DNA of 64,000 nucleotides from Candidatus Tenderia sp. Its GTDB lineage: Bacteria > Pseudomonadota > Gammaproteobacteria > Tenderiales > Tenderiaceae. The stretch covers positions 1-64,000 of the forward strand of contig JANOSY010000024.1 of the NCBI GenBank assembly GCA_031416075.1, written 5' to 3'. Below are positions 47,001 through 59,585 of this stretch, one piece after another (the stretch's first letter is position 1; each line of letters starts with the position of its first letter). The notes beneath the pieces are model-generated. The model did no database searches. It was given only the letters and a program-made list of their open reading frames with translations, and had not been told where the DNA came from. A program made the translations under genes and the position numbers.

Positions 47001-49877
47001 TTAATTGGTCGGGCGCAATGTGCGCTGGTTGGCTTCAGCTTTACCATTCAGCGCCGCATCTACCAACGCCGCCTGCGCCAGCTGATGCAACCGTAACAAC
47101 CCCTCGGCAGGTGCTGCATACTCTGGACGGCCGGCGTAAAAAATCTCTTGTTTGACGTTAGCCAAATCGCGCAGACGTGAATGGATAAAGTACCAGGCCC
47201 CCTGGTTTTTTGGCTCTTCCTGACACCAGACAACCTCTGTCACCTTGGTATAACGGTCAAACACAGCGGCAAGGCGCTCCTCTGGGAACGGAAAGAGCTG
47301 TTCAATACGTACTATCACGACATTTTTAAGGTTCAGCTCACGCCGCTTCTCCAACAGATCAAAGTAGACCTTACCACTGCAGGCAACAATACGTTTGACC
47401 TGCTCTGGCTTGATGACATCAACTTCATCTATCACTACCTCATACGCCCCGTCGGTTAGATCCGCCAACGTAGAGACAGAGAGCTTGTGCCGCAACAGAC
47501 TTTTGGGCGACATAATAATCAATGGTTTACGGTAAGGACGAATCACCTGACGCCGCAACAGGTGGAACATCTGCGCTGGCGTGGTGGGGTAGACCACCTG
47601 CATATTATCTTCAGCACAGAGTTGCAGATAACGTTCAAGACGCGCCGATGAGTGCTCCGGTCCCTGGCCGTCATAACCATGGGGCAGCATCATCACCAGA
47701 CCACAGAGCCGCGCCCACTTCACCTCACCGGCGCTGATGAACTGGTCAATCACCACCTGCGCGCCGTTAGCAAAATCACCAAATTGCGCCTCCCAGATCA
47801 CCAATGTTTCTGGAGAAGCGGTGGAGTAACCATATTCAAAACCGAGTACCGCCTCTTCCGATAACAGTGAATCGATCACACGAAAATGGGCTTGGTCCGG
47901 CCCCATATTTTGCAACGGTACGTAAGAGTCACGTTTTAGCTGATTATGAAAAACGGCATGACGATGGAAGAAGGTGCCACGACCGCTGTCCTGGCCCGTC
48001 AGGCGAATAGGATGCCCCTCCAGCAATAGTGCCCCGTAGGCAACGTTTTCGGCAAAGCCCCAATCCAGAGGTGCCTCACCTGCCGCCATTTTGCGGCGCT
48101 CGGCCACAATTTTGTCAGCACGGGAGTGGAGTTCAAATTCGTCCGGCATGGTGGTGAGCACCGCGCTGATCTCACGCAGACGCTCCAGAGAGATTTTAGT
48201 GGTACAGGCTTGTGTCCAGTGAATCCGCTTATAGGGACTCCAATCAACGACAAACTCCTTCTCTGTCTCACTGGTCAGTTCACGGGATACCAGCTTGCCT
48301 GCATCAAGCATAGCGCGATACTCGCGCAACATGGTATCCGCATCTTCCTGAGTAACAACCCCCTCAGCCATCAGGCGCTGGGTATACAGCTGCACCGTGG
48401 TCGGGTGTTTACGAATCGCCTGATACATAATGGGTTGCGTCACCGCCGGTTCATCGGCCTCGTTGTGGCCATGACGGCGATAACAGACCAGATCGATGAC
48501 CACATCACGCTTGTACTCCTGGCGATAGTCGAGTGCCAGCTGGGTTGCAAAAACCACCGCCTCAGGGTCATCGCTGTTTACATGGAAGATGGGGGCCTGA
48601 ATCATCCGCGCCACCTCCGTGCAATACATGGTGGAACGGGCATCCAGTGGATTGCTGGTGGTAAAACCAATCTGATTATTGATGATGATATGAACCGTGC
48701 CACCCGTGGTAAAACCCCGCGCCTGAGACATGTTCAATGTCTCCATCACTACCCCTTGACCCGCAAAGGCGGCATCACCATGAATCAGGATAGGCAATAC
48801 CTCGCTACCCTCCAGATCCCGGCGACGGTGCTGGCGGGCACGTACCGACCCCTCCACCACCGGATTCACAATCTCAAGATGGGAGGGGTTAAAGGCGAGT
48901 GCCAGATGCACCACACCCCCCGGTGTTTTCATGTCGGATGAAAAACCCTGGTGGTACTTCACATCACCACCACCGCCATTTTCAAGGTCAAAAACCCCTT
49001 CAAACTCCTGAAACAGATGGGCAGGATTTTTACCCATAATGTTGACCAGCACATTCAGACGACCACGGTGGGCCATGCCGATCACCACCTCTTTAACCTT
49101 CTGCCCACCGCCACGCCAAGCCAGCTCATCCAACAAGGGGATCAGACTCTCCCCCCCTTCCAGGGAGAAACGTTTCTGCCCCACATACCTGGTGTGCAGA
49201 TACTGCTCCAGCCCTTCAGCGGCGATCACTTTACGCAACAGGTGGCAACGGTATTCGGCAGAAAACTTGGGCTGGCAGCGGGTACTCTCGAGCTGCTGTT
49301 GAATCCAGCGCTTCTGTACCGTATCGGTAATGTGCATGTACTCAGCACCAATGGAGCCACAGTAGGTCTCCTGCAGCTGGGTAAGAATGTCGCGCAACTT
49401 TGCCTGCGGCAATCCCACCAGCGACCCAGTACTGAAGACGGTATCCATATCCGCCTCTGTCAGCGCGTGGTAACTGGGGTCAAGCTCAGAGAGTGCAGTG
49501 GGCTCCTGCAAACCCAGCGGGTCAAGGCGCGCCTGCTGATGACCACGCACACGGTATGCGTTTACAAGCTGCAATACCGCCACCTGTTTACTCTCACTCA
49601 CCGCTACTGAACAGTTGGTGGAGGTGGTCGTGGCCACCCGCTGATGTTGGGCCAATTTAATAAACTCGGCACGAATAACAGCGTGATCCACATCTGCCGC
49701 CGCCGGGCCTGGGGCACTCTGCAACTGTTTAAAGTAGACTTGCCACGTTGGCTCCACCAGCGCTGGGTCATCCAGATACTGCTGGTAAAGCTCTTCAATA
49801 AACGGCGCATTACCCCCAAAGAGGTAGCTCTGTTCTAAAAAAGCGTGGTAACGATCCTTAGATTTATCCTGGCTCAT
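47001..49877 (-). CDS. sucA: 2-oxoglutarate dehydrogenase E1
   Basis: KRFSLEG, GMAHRGRLN, HGDAAFAGQG, WEAQFGDF, GPEHSSARLER. Confidence 0.98.
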   Translation of the reverse strand: MSQDKSKDRYHAFLEQSYLFGGNAPFIEELYQQYLDDPALVEPTWQVYFKQLQSAPGPAAADVDHAVIRAEFIKLAQHQRVATTTSTNCSVAVSESKQVAVLQLVNAYRVRGHQQARLDPLGLQEPTALSELDPSYHALTEADMDTVFSTGSLVGLPQAKLRDILTQLQETYCGSIGAEYMHITDTVQKRWIQQQLESTRCQPKFSAEYRCHLLRKVIAAEGLEQYLHTRYVGQKRFSLEGGESLIPLLDELAWRGGGQKVKEVVIGMAHRGRLNVLVNIMGKNPAHLFQEFEGVFDLENGGGGDVKYHQGFSSDMKTPGGVVHLALAFNPSHLEIVNPVVEGSVRARQHRRRDLEGSEVLPILIHGDAAFAGQGVVMETLNMSQARGFTTGGTVHIIINNQIGFTTSNPLDARSTMYCTEVARMIQAPIFHVNSDDPEAVVFATQLALDYRQEYKRDVVIDLVCYRRHGHNEADEPAVTQPIMYQAIRKHPTTVQLYTQRLMAEGVVTQEDADTMLREYRAMLDAGKLVSRELTSETEKEFVVDWSPYKRIHWTQACTTKISLERLREISAVLTTMPDEFELHSRADKIVAERRKMAAGEAPLDWGFAENVAYGALLLEGHPIRLTGQDSGRGTFFHRHAVFHNQLKRDSYVPLQNMGPDQAHFRVIDSLLSEEAVLGFEYGYSTASPETLVIWEAQFGDFANGAQVVIDQFISAGEVKWARLCGLVMMLPHGYDGQGPEHSSARLERYLQLCAEDNMQVVYPTTPAQMFHLLRRQVIRPYRKPLIIMSPKSLLRHKLSVSTLADLTDGAYEVVIDEVDVIKPEQVKRIVACSGKVYFDLLEKRRELNLKNVVIVRIEQLFPFPEERLAAVFDRYTKVTEVVWCQEEPKNQGAWYFIHSRLRDLANVKQEIFYAGRPEYAAPAEGLLRLHQLAQAALVDAALNGKAEANQRTLRPTN

Positions 49878-50085
49878 CCTTCAAACGCCCGTTTCTTGTT
49901 ATTCCGTATAGAGTTATGTCGTCAATGCAGACCAAAACTCAAGTTTGCAACGACGGTTTATACCGTTCCGTCATAAAACCACTCTTACAACGCCATCAGG
50001 AGGATCAAGCCGTTATCTCAAAAGAACAAAAGCCCGGAACCCCGTCAGGAACCAGGCCTGTTTCCTCCGGCAGCCCGAGATACGC

Positions 50086-52102
<2,017 letters not shown>

Positions 52103-52177
52103 AGGTATCAAGCGGGCATTCACTATGGAAGTGGAGGAATTCTAACACCCCCACCTGCCCTTGTCAGAGATTCACTA

Positions 52178-55100
52178 TCAGAAGCGATACCCCACTCCCA
52201 GCTCCACGGCGTCGACATTGATGTCCGTAAAACGATAACGATTCCACCCCAGACGCAGCGGCAGGTGTGGCGTGATATTCATCTCCACTCCAATACCGAA
52301 ATTGATATCCATGCCGTCATCACTGAATTTTCTTGAGGCAGTGGCGCTGGTCAACGTGTAATCAGCCTGCCATATCAACGCGCCAAATCGTACCAGCCCA
52401 TTGAGATGCTCAGAGAGTTGCTTACGCATCACATAATTAAAGGTCCAACCGGAAGCGGTGGTGGGATAGACCCCCGAGGCCGCATCCAGGTAACCATTCA
52501 GATCGGAGGTAGATCCTGTAGCGGTAGTGGTGACACGGCCCAGATCAACATAGCCAATCTCAATCGCCAGCAGCTCATTCATCTGATAACCGATGTAGGG
52601 CGACCAGCCTCTGCGTGACAGATCGGTCTGCGTCACGCTGGCGGTAAGGCCAAGGGCGGTGAGATCACGCTCAAAATCAGCGCCTCGCTCACCACTGCTG
52701 ACGGACAGATAGTTCAGCCCTGCATAACCGGGCATCAGAGAGCTATCTGCCTGGGCAGTGGCACCCATCAACAGCAGTGGCAACATCAGCACACGGCAAC
52801 CATAACGACGCATCAACACCCCCCCCGCCAGGAGCAGCAGTAACCAGTACGACACCGCACCACCGCCACCGCCGGTGATGGTAATGGTGATCAGCTGCGA
52901 GATCGGCTGCGCCACACCACCTGGATCTTTAATACGCATATCTGCAACACCATCGGCATCGTTGGGACCACCATCCTCGATGGTCAGCTGCACACACCAG
53001 TGCCCCTCGGTCAGGCCGCTGATATAGGCGCTATCGCCAGGGGGAGGACAGTAACCGGCGCTGCCTGCGGCAGAGGCGATGCTGTTATTGGCGTTGACAA
53101 CAAACGCCTGCCACCCTGTCGCCATCAATTTGCGATAGACCGCATTGGCGGGGATCGCTTCAAACTGCGCTAACACCACTTTGATCTGCTGCCCGGCAAC
53201 CGGCAACTCAGCAACATTAAAGTCGAACAGCCCATTATTGTAGGTATACCCTTCATCCTCTACTGCGCCTGCACCGTCACGACCGTAGTTATACACATCA
53301 CTGTCGCTCACCCCGATCCTGTTGCCCCCTGCCTGCATGGCAACCCGTCCCAGGCTGATTGACAGTCCCGGCTCAGTCTCCATCAGATATTGGCTGGCTT
53401 CGGCCTGCTTCTCCTGCACCACATTACGCGCCACGGTGGAGCTGTCGAGGTAGTTGGGTATGCCGTCACCATCACTGTCACCATAACCTTCAACATCATC
53501 GTTGATACCATCGCCATCACTGTCCACCGCGGTCAGCACTGGCAGTGTGGCTTCAACCTTGATCAGCAGTTCAGCGTTACCACTTGCCACACCATCACCC
53601 ACTGCCACCTTCAAGGTGTAGATACCCGGTGTCAATCCGCTTGGGTCCAACGTAAAGGTACTGGCCACACCATCGCTATCCACCAGGGCGTTATCGGTAC
53701 CGCTCCAGTTATAGCTGTGTGTATCGCCGAGATTAGGGTCGGTAACCGTAGCGGTGACAGTCACCATGCCGCTGCTCTGGCCGATGATGCGGGTTGCGCC
53801 ACTCCCCTGAACAGCACTCAACCCCACAGTAGGTACAACGTTACCTTCGTGGATCTCCATTGTGTGCGTTCTCACCAAACCGGCAACTGCATTGGTCGGC
53901 GTACCCATGGTAATGACCAGAGACTCCGTCCCCTCGCCTGCCCCATCATTCACCAACTGAACATTCACGGACGTTTCAAGGCCAGGGCCGTTGATGATGA
54001 TATTGCCAGCCACCAGATTGTGGTCACTGCCATCGGTTGAGGCGGTGCCCGCCACGGTATACGGAACCGTGACTGGATAACTCACCGCCGCACCATTGAG
54101 GATCACCTTGAAACTCACCGTTGCCCCCTCTGCGCTGACCTGGCTCTTACTAAAGTCAACAAGCGGCGTCACATTCACCCTCTGAACCGCCGTTCCACTC
54201 TTGCCCGCACCATCCGTTGCGCTCCAGGTAACAACATTGGCACCCGGCCGGAAGTGAGTTGGCTTGGCCGTCACGGCCACACCATTCACCAGTGTCACCT
54301 GCGGCGTAACACCGCTCTCCACAACCGTCGCCGTACCAATCACCACGGGGGTGAACAGCCCCACCGCATCAACCGTCACATCTGCCGGCGCAGTGATCGC
54401 GGGGCCGCTGGCCGGTGTAACACTGTTCGAGGCGGCTGAAGCCGCACCGCTGCCCGCCGAATTGGTGGCCACCGCAGTAAATGTGTACGCAGTGCCATTG
54501 GTCAACCCCGTCACTGTGATGGGGCTGGCGCTGCCCGTACCGGTGAGACCACCCGGAGTGGAGGTGACGGTATAACCGGTAATTACACTGCCGCCGGTGT
54601 ATGCCGGGGCAGTGAAACTGATGGTCGCCTGACCACTATCAGCAACAGCAGCACCGATAGTAGGTGCCCCTGGGACCACTGCCGTCACCGTAAACGACTG
54701 GCTCACCTGGGTTGCCGCCAGGAAACTGCCACTGCCAGCCTGATTGGCGTTGATGGTACAGCTGCCCGCCGTGACAAAGGTCAGCGCACCCGCGCTGGTA
54801 ATGGTGCAGACACTAGTGGTGCTTGAGGTAAACGCCACCGCCAGTGCCGAAGAGGCTGTTGCCGTCAATGCAGGTGTAGAGTCAAAACTCTTTGCGCCAG
54901 GGTTGGCAAAGGTGATGGTCTGAACCCCCTTCGGTGTCACACTGTTAGAGCTGGCCGAATCGATCCCTGTCCCGACACTGTTGGTTGCCTTGACAGTAAA
55001 GGTATAGGTCGTGCCGTTGCTCAACCCCGTCACACTGATCGGGCTGGAGGTGCCCGTTGCGACATGAGCGCCAGGGCTGGAGGTGACCGTATAACTGGTG

Positions 55101-58100
55101 ATCGCGCTACCACCATTTGATACCGGAGCGGTAAATGCAACCGCCGCCGCCGCATCACCCGCGGTCGCGCTGCCAATAGTGGGAGCACCGGGCAACGCTG
55201 CAGGCGTCACACTGTTAGACGCAGCAGAGTTGCTGCCACTGCCAACACTGTTGGTCGCGCTAACCATAAAGGTATAGGCCGTGCCATTGGTCAAACCCGT
55301 CACAATAATAGGCGTGGCGCTGCCCGTGCCGGCGAGCCCACCGGGAGTAGAGGTAACGGTATACCCCGTAATCATTCTGCCACCATCGGAGGCGGGGCCA
55401 GAGAAGGATACGGATGCCTGGGTATTACCCGCAGTCGCGACACCGATCGTGGGCGCACCCGGCACAGTAGCCGGAATCACACTGCTGGAAGAGGCCGACG
55501 GACTACCGGTACCGATGGCGTTAGTTGCAGTAACAGTGAAACTATAGGCCGTGCCGTTGCTCAACCCCGTCACAGTCACCGGGCTGGAAGCCCCCGTGCC
55601 CGTAAAACCACCGGGGCTTGAAGTCGCTGTATAGCCGGTAATGGCGCTACCACCCGTGGATGGCGCACTAAAACTGACCATCGCCTGACCATTGCCCGCT
55701 GTCGGCGCGCCAATCACAGGCGCACCCGGCACTGTCGCTGGCGTCACGCTACTGGAAGCGGACGAAGCACTGCCCGTACCCGCTGAGTTGGTCGCCGTCA
55801 CCGTAAAGGTGTAGGCAGTGCCATTGGTCAAACCGGTCACAACGATGGGGCTAGCACTCCCTGTTCCAGTAAGCCCGTGGGGAGTAGAGGTAACCGTATA
55901 ACCAGTGATACTGCTACCACCGTTAAACGCAGGCGCGGAAAAGCTCACCGCCGCCTGAGCATTAGCCGGAGTAGCCGTGCCGATAGTCGGCGCACCGGGT
56001 ACTACCGGAACCACACTGAACGAGCGGCTGACCGTAGGCGCGGCCAGATAACTACTGTTGCCCGCCTGATCCGCATCGATGCTACAAGTGCCGGTGGTGA
56101 CAAAGGTCAGCGTGCCTCCACCCGTGATGGTGCAGACACCGGTAGTGGTCGAACTGAAACTCACTGTCAGACTCGACGTCGCCGTCGCACTCAATGTCGG
56201 TGTTGTACCAAAGCTCTGTGCACCTGGATTAGCGAAGGTGATGGTCTGACTCGCCTTTGGCGTCACGCTATTGGAAGCGGATGAAGCGCTGCCGGTACCG
56301 GCAGAGTTAGTGGCCGTCACCGTAAAGGTATAGGCCACGCCATTGGTCAAACCCGTGTCCGTGATGGGGCTGGCGGCCCCCGTACCCGTAATGCCACCCG
56401 GACTGGAGGTGACGGTATAGCCAGTGATGGCGCTGCCACCATTGGAAGCGGGGGTGGAGAAGGTCACCGACGCTTGGGTATCACCTGCCGTCGCCGTACC
56501 GATAGTCGGCGCACCGGGTACTACCGGAACCACACTGAACGAGCGGCTGACCGTAGGCGCGGCCAGATAACTGCTATTGCCCGCCTGATCCGCATCGATG
56601 CTACAGGTGCCGGTGGTGACAAAGGTCAACGTGCCGCCACCCGTGATGGTGCAGACACCAGTAGTGGTCGAACTGAAACTCACTGTCAGACCTGACGTCG
56701 CCGTCGCACTCAATGTCGGTGTTGTACCAAAGCTCTGTGCACCCGGATTAGCGAAGGTGATGGTCTGACTCGCCTTTGGCGTCACGCTATTGGAAGCGGA
56801 TGAAGCGCTGCCGGTACCGGCCGAGTTAGTGGCCGTCACCGTAAAGGTATAGGCGACGCCATTGGTCAAACCCGTGACCGTGATGGGGCTGGCGGCCCCC
56901 GTACCAGTAATACCCCCCGGACTGGAAGTGACGGTATAACCAGTAATGGCATTGCTACCACTGGAGCCAGGCGCGGTAAAATTAACTGTCGCCTGGGTAT
57001 CTCCCGCCGTCGCCGTGGCACCCGACGGGGCACTGGGGACGGAGATGTTATTGACGGTAATGCTGTTACCGGTAAGGTCGGCAGCCGAGGCCGCAGTGCT
57101 GTTCCAGTTTGTCGCCCCCGCCAGATTGTAGGTAGTACCGCCCACCGACGAGAGGCCGTTTTTATTGAGCAGCGCCTCAACACCACTCTGGTCAGTGGAG
57201 TTCAGCGTCACCGAAAAAGCGGTGCTGCTGGAGGCCGTCACATTAGACGAAGTCAACGTGTAAGTCCCCCCACCCTGCCCGGTCAGGGTCAGATTGTTTA
57301 CAGCGATCGTATCACCTGTTGTCATGTTGGTGGCAGTCACTGCCAACACGTTGCCTGAAGCATCGTAAGTAGCTGAGGTGATCGTGGGGAGAGCGGCATC
57401 GGCGATCTGAATATCGTTGATCGTGCCATAACCGTTGCCAGCAGAGTAAGTGATGCGGACGTCATCAACGATGTCGAAGCCCGTACCCAAATTGACTGTA
57501 ATTACACTGGCATCGGAATTGGCCGCAAAGCTTGTCGAGGTGACCACGCTGCCATTCTTGTAACCCACCACGTTGACCGTGCCCCCCAGATAGCCCCAGT
57601 CGTGCCATTTAAACTGGTTGATCTGGAAATCAGAACCATCGGAGCTCTTGATTCTCATGCCCTTCCAGCCGCTGGCAACGCTTCCATCAAAGGTGGTCAG
57701 GCCCGTAAAACCTCCCGCAGGCAGACCCAGGTTGGAATTGTTATACCACTCAATCTTTCCAACACTGGTGCCATTGGTATCGCTGATGTTGAGGACTTCA
57801 ATGGCTATGCCAGCCAGATCCGTTGAACCACCTTGGCCATCGGTAGCAACACCGGTTGCCCAACCGCCGTCAGAGGTAAATGTGAGTGTGCCGTTTGCCA
57901 ATACACCTTTGTAATCTGCTGGTGCCAAGGAAGCCACATTAATTGGCCCAGTCCTAACTTCCAGACGCCAATCGCCCCCCTTATCGGTGGCTCCGGTCAG
58001 GTTATTCGATGCGGCAACATATGCACCTGTCGCTGTAGCAAAATCCCGGACAAATCGCTGGCCTGCCATGTCGGCAGCCACATTACATCCATAGAGCAGG

Positions 58101-58513
58101 ATCTCTGCTCCGCGCTTCAGGCTATTGCCAATAACTACAAGCTCAGCAGTGCGAACAGCCATGTTTTGTGCAGTCAAATCGAACGTGCCCAGTTGTAAAG
58201 CGCCAGACGAACCGTGGGATACAAGATGAATTGCATCAATCTCGCTACGCCCTGCCAGAATCAGCGCCATCTGCGCCAGACCATCCTGCGTGGCGTCAAG
58301 CAGATGCACCTCTGCGCCCGGCTTAACGCCACTCAACAATGCCGGATAATCAGCGACATTGCCTTCAATAAATATAATCTCGTGAGAAGTAGCAGTATGG
58401 GAGTTCAGTACAGCGGCACTGACCTGAAAAACCACCATAAAGAGGGCGAGAAACATTGATAACTGGAGCACTATTTTTGTCAGCGGCAGCCATGCAAAAT
58501 TCGATTTGTTCAT
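52178..58513 (-). CDS. 2111-aa surface protein: signal peptide, DUF4347, 7 Fn3 and 3 Ig-like repeats, DxDxDG repeats, GlyGly-CTERM-like TM, C-terminal outer-membrane beta-barrel
   Basis: IHLVSHGS..LLYGCNVA..SNNLTG..GGDW; PGAPTIG..GLTNG.AYTFTVTATN repeats; GGGGGAVSYWLLLLLAGGVLMRR; ends VELGVGYRF. Confidence 0.88.
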   Translation of the reverse strand: MNKSNFAWLPLTKIVLQLSMFLALFMVVFQVSAAVLNSHTATSHEIIFIEGNVADYPALLSGVKPGAEVHLLDATQDGLAQMALILAGRSEIDAIHLVSHGSSGALQLGTFDLTAQNMAVRTAELVVIGNSLKRGAEILLYGCNVAADMAGQRFVRDFATATGAYVAASNNLTGATDKGGDWRLEVRTGPINVASLAPADYKGVLANGTLTFTSDGGWATGVATDGQGGSTDLAGIAIEVLNISDTNGTSVGKIEWYNNSNLGLPAGGFTGLTTFDGSVASGWKGMRIKSSDGSDFQINQFKWHDWGYLGGTVNVVGYKNGSVVTSTSFAANSDASVITVNLGTGFDIVDDVRITYSAGNGYGTINDIQIADAALPTITSATYDASGNVLAVTATNMTTGDTIAVNNLTLTGQGGGTYTLTSSNVTASSSTAFSVTLNSTDQSGVEALLNKNGLSSVGGTTYNLAGATNWNSTAASAADLTGNSITVNNISVPSAPSGATATAGDTQATVNFTAPGSSGSNAITGYTVTSSPGGITGTGAASPITVTGLTNGVAYTFTVTATNSAGTGSASSASNSVTPKASQTITFANPGAQSFGTTPTLSATATSGLTVSFSSTTTGVCTITGGGTLTFVTTGTCSIDADQAGNSSYLAAPTVSRSFSVVPVVPGAPTIGTATAGDTQASVTFSTPASNGGSAITGYTVTSSPGGITGTGAASPITDTGLTNGVAYTFTVTATNSAGTGSASSASNSVTPKASQTITFANPGAQSFGTTPTLSATATSSLTVSFSSTTTGVCTITGGGTLTFVTTGTCSIDADQAGNSSYLAAPTVSRSFSVVPVVPGAPTIGTATPANAQAAVSFSAPAFNGGSSITGYTVTSTPHGLTGTGSASPIVVTGLTNGTAYTFTVTATNSAGTGSASSASSSVTPATVPGAPVIGAPTAGNGQAMVSFSAPSTGGSAITGYTATSSPGGFTGTGASSPVTVTGLSNGTAYSFTVTATNAIGTGSPSASSSSVIPATVPGAPTIGVATAGNTQASVSFSGPASDGGRMITGYTVTSTPGGLAGTGSATPIIVTGLTNGTAYTFMVSATNSVGSGSNSAASNSVTPAALPGAPTIGSATAGDAAAAVAFTAPVSNGGSAITSYTVTSSPGAHVATGTSSPISVTGLSNGTTYTFTVKATNSVGTGIDSASSNSVTPKGVQTITFANPGAKSFDSTPALTATASSALAVAFTSSTTSVCTITSAGALTFVTAGSCTINANQAGSGSFLAATQVSQSFTVTAVVPGAPTIGAAVADSGQATISFTAPAYTGGSVITGYTVTSTPGGLTGTGSASPITVTGLTNGTAYTFTAVATNSAGSGAASAASNSVTPASGPAITAPADVTVDAVGLFTPVVIGTATVVESGVTPQVTLVNGVAVTAKPTHFRPGANVVTWSATDGAGKSGTAVQRVNVTPLVDFSKSQVSAEGATVSFKVILNGAAVSYPVTVPYTVAGTASTDGSDHNLVAGNIIINGPGLETSVNVQLVNDGAGEGTESLVITMGTPTNAVAGLVRTHTMEIHEGNVVPTVGLSAVQGSGATRIIGQSSGMVTVTATVTDPNLGDTHSYNWSGTDNALVDSDGVASTFTLDPSGLTPGIYTLKVAVGDGVASGNAELLIKVEATLPVLTAVDSDGDGINDDVEGYGDSDGDGIPNYLDSSTVARNVVQEKQAEASQYLMETEPGLSISLGRVAMQAGGNRIGVSDSDVYNYGRDGAGAVEDEGYTYNNGLFDFNVAELPVAGQQIKVVLAQFEAIPANAVYRKLMATGWQAFVVNANNSIASAAGSAGYCPPPGDSAYISGLTEGHWCVQLTIEDGGPNDADGVADMRIKDPGGVAQPISQLITITITGGGGGAVSYWLLLLLAGGVLMRRYGCRVLMLPLLLMGATAQADSSLMPGYAGLNYLSVSSGERGADFERDLTALGLTASVTQTDLSRRGWSPYIGYQMNELLAIEIGYVDLGRVTTTATGSTSDLNGYLDAASGVYPTTASGWTFNYVMRKQLSEHLNGLVRFGALIWQADYTLTSATASRKFSDDGMDINFGIGVEMNITPHLPLRLGWNRYRFTDINVDAVELGVGYRF
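55977..57014 (-). repeat. Near-identical tandem duplication, period 519 bp (173 aa; Fn3 + QTITF unit)
   Basis: cgatagtcggcgcaccgggtactaccggaacc... begins at both 55981 and 56500 with long identical stretches. Confidence 0.9.
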
Positions 58514-58845
58514 TTATCCCTCCAGGATAGTTAGAACATGCTTATTTATAAAAAACTGAGGCCCAATGAATCATGCACAGTTCAGGCAGAGGGCCTGATT
58601 AAACCAAAATTTTGATTTTTCACATCCGTGTTGATATCAATGCCATCCATTTATTTTTCTTCGCCACACTAAGATGTAGTGCCGCATCATTCTGTTACAA
58701 ACAGAACGAGCATGATTACTATCGGATTGCCCTCCGATCTACTTTAAATTTATTTGAAGGAAAGAATTTAATCTGCCATTCTGGAAAAGAACCCGTCACT
58801 GACGGGAGGCATTTTCAATCACAACCAAAGCGTAAGGAAAATTTG

Positions 58846-59454
58846 ATGGATGGTTATCTCGGAACAATAGTAATGTGGCCAATGGACTGGGCACCGCAGA
58901 ATTGGGCAATATGTGACGGCGCTGTAATAGCCGTGCAACAAAACACTGCACTTTTCTCACTGCTCGGCACAAAGTTCGGCGGCAATGGAACCACTACGTT
59001 TGCACTGCCCGACTTGCGTGGACGTATGCCCATCGGCATGGGCCAGGGTACTGGACTGCCCAGTTACACACTGGGCCAGCAAGGCGGCATGGCAAACACA
59101 ACGCTCACCCAAAGCAATCTCCCTTCTCACACCCACCCAGCAACGATGTCATTGACGGGACTTGGTGCAACCACAACCTTGAATGTCTCTACACAAGGAG
59201 GCGGTTCGAACACGCCTGCAACAGGGGCCTCTTTATGTGCGACGACAGGAGGGCCTGGCGGTGCCGATATTTACATTACCCCTGCACCAACAGCAAATCT
59301 GGTGGCACTCGGCAATATCAGCACCGCAGTCAGTGGCTCAGGCACGGTGACTGTCGACGCCACTGGCAACGGCCAGGCTTTTGATAACCATCCACCATAC
59401 CTGGGTATAAACTTCATCATCTGCGTCAGTGGCATGTACCCATCACGTCCTTGA
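58846..59454 (+). CDS. Phage tail-collar domain protein (microcystin-dependent protein-like)
   Basis: YLGTI..APQNWAICDG..QNTALFSLLGT.FGGNG.TTFALPDLRGR; C-terminal PYLGINFII...G.YPSR; AAGGA SD. Confidence 0.92.
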   Translation: MDGYLGTIVMWPMDWAPQNWAICDGAVIAVQQNTALFSLLGTKFGGNGTTTFALPDLRGRMPIGMGQGTGLPSYTLGQQGGMANTTLTQSNLPSHTHPATMSLTGLGATTTLNVSTQGGGSNTPATGASLCATTGGPGGADIYITPAPTANLVALGNISTAVSGSGTVTVDATGNGQAFDNHPPYLGINFIICVSGMYPSRP

Positions 59455-59469
59455 TCGACAGGAATGGAT

Positions 59470-59498
59470 AAAAAAACGCGGGGCAACCCGCGTTTTTT
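59470..59498. terminator. Bidirectional Rho-independent terminator
   Basis: A7-CGCGGG-gcaa-CCCGCG-T6 between the convergent collar gene and sucD. Confidence 0.85.
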
Positions 59499-59585
59499 CT
59501 CTCCGGCTTAAAGCAGAAACGCCACTACTCCCCGATAAGAAGTAGCAGCATTTTGATTTCAAACACCCACAACAGGGTAGATCGG

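Noticed and set aside
58846-59454. Prophage or tailocin
   Set aside because: The tail-collar gene is isolated, with no other structural, lysis or integrase genes.
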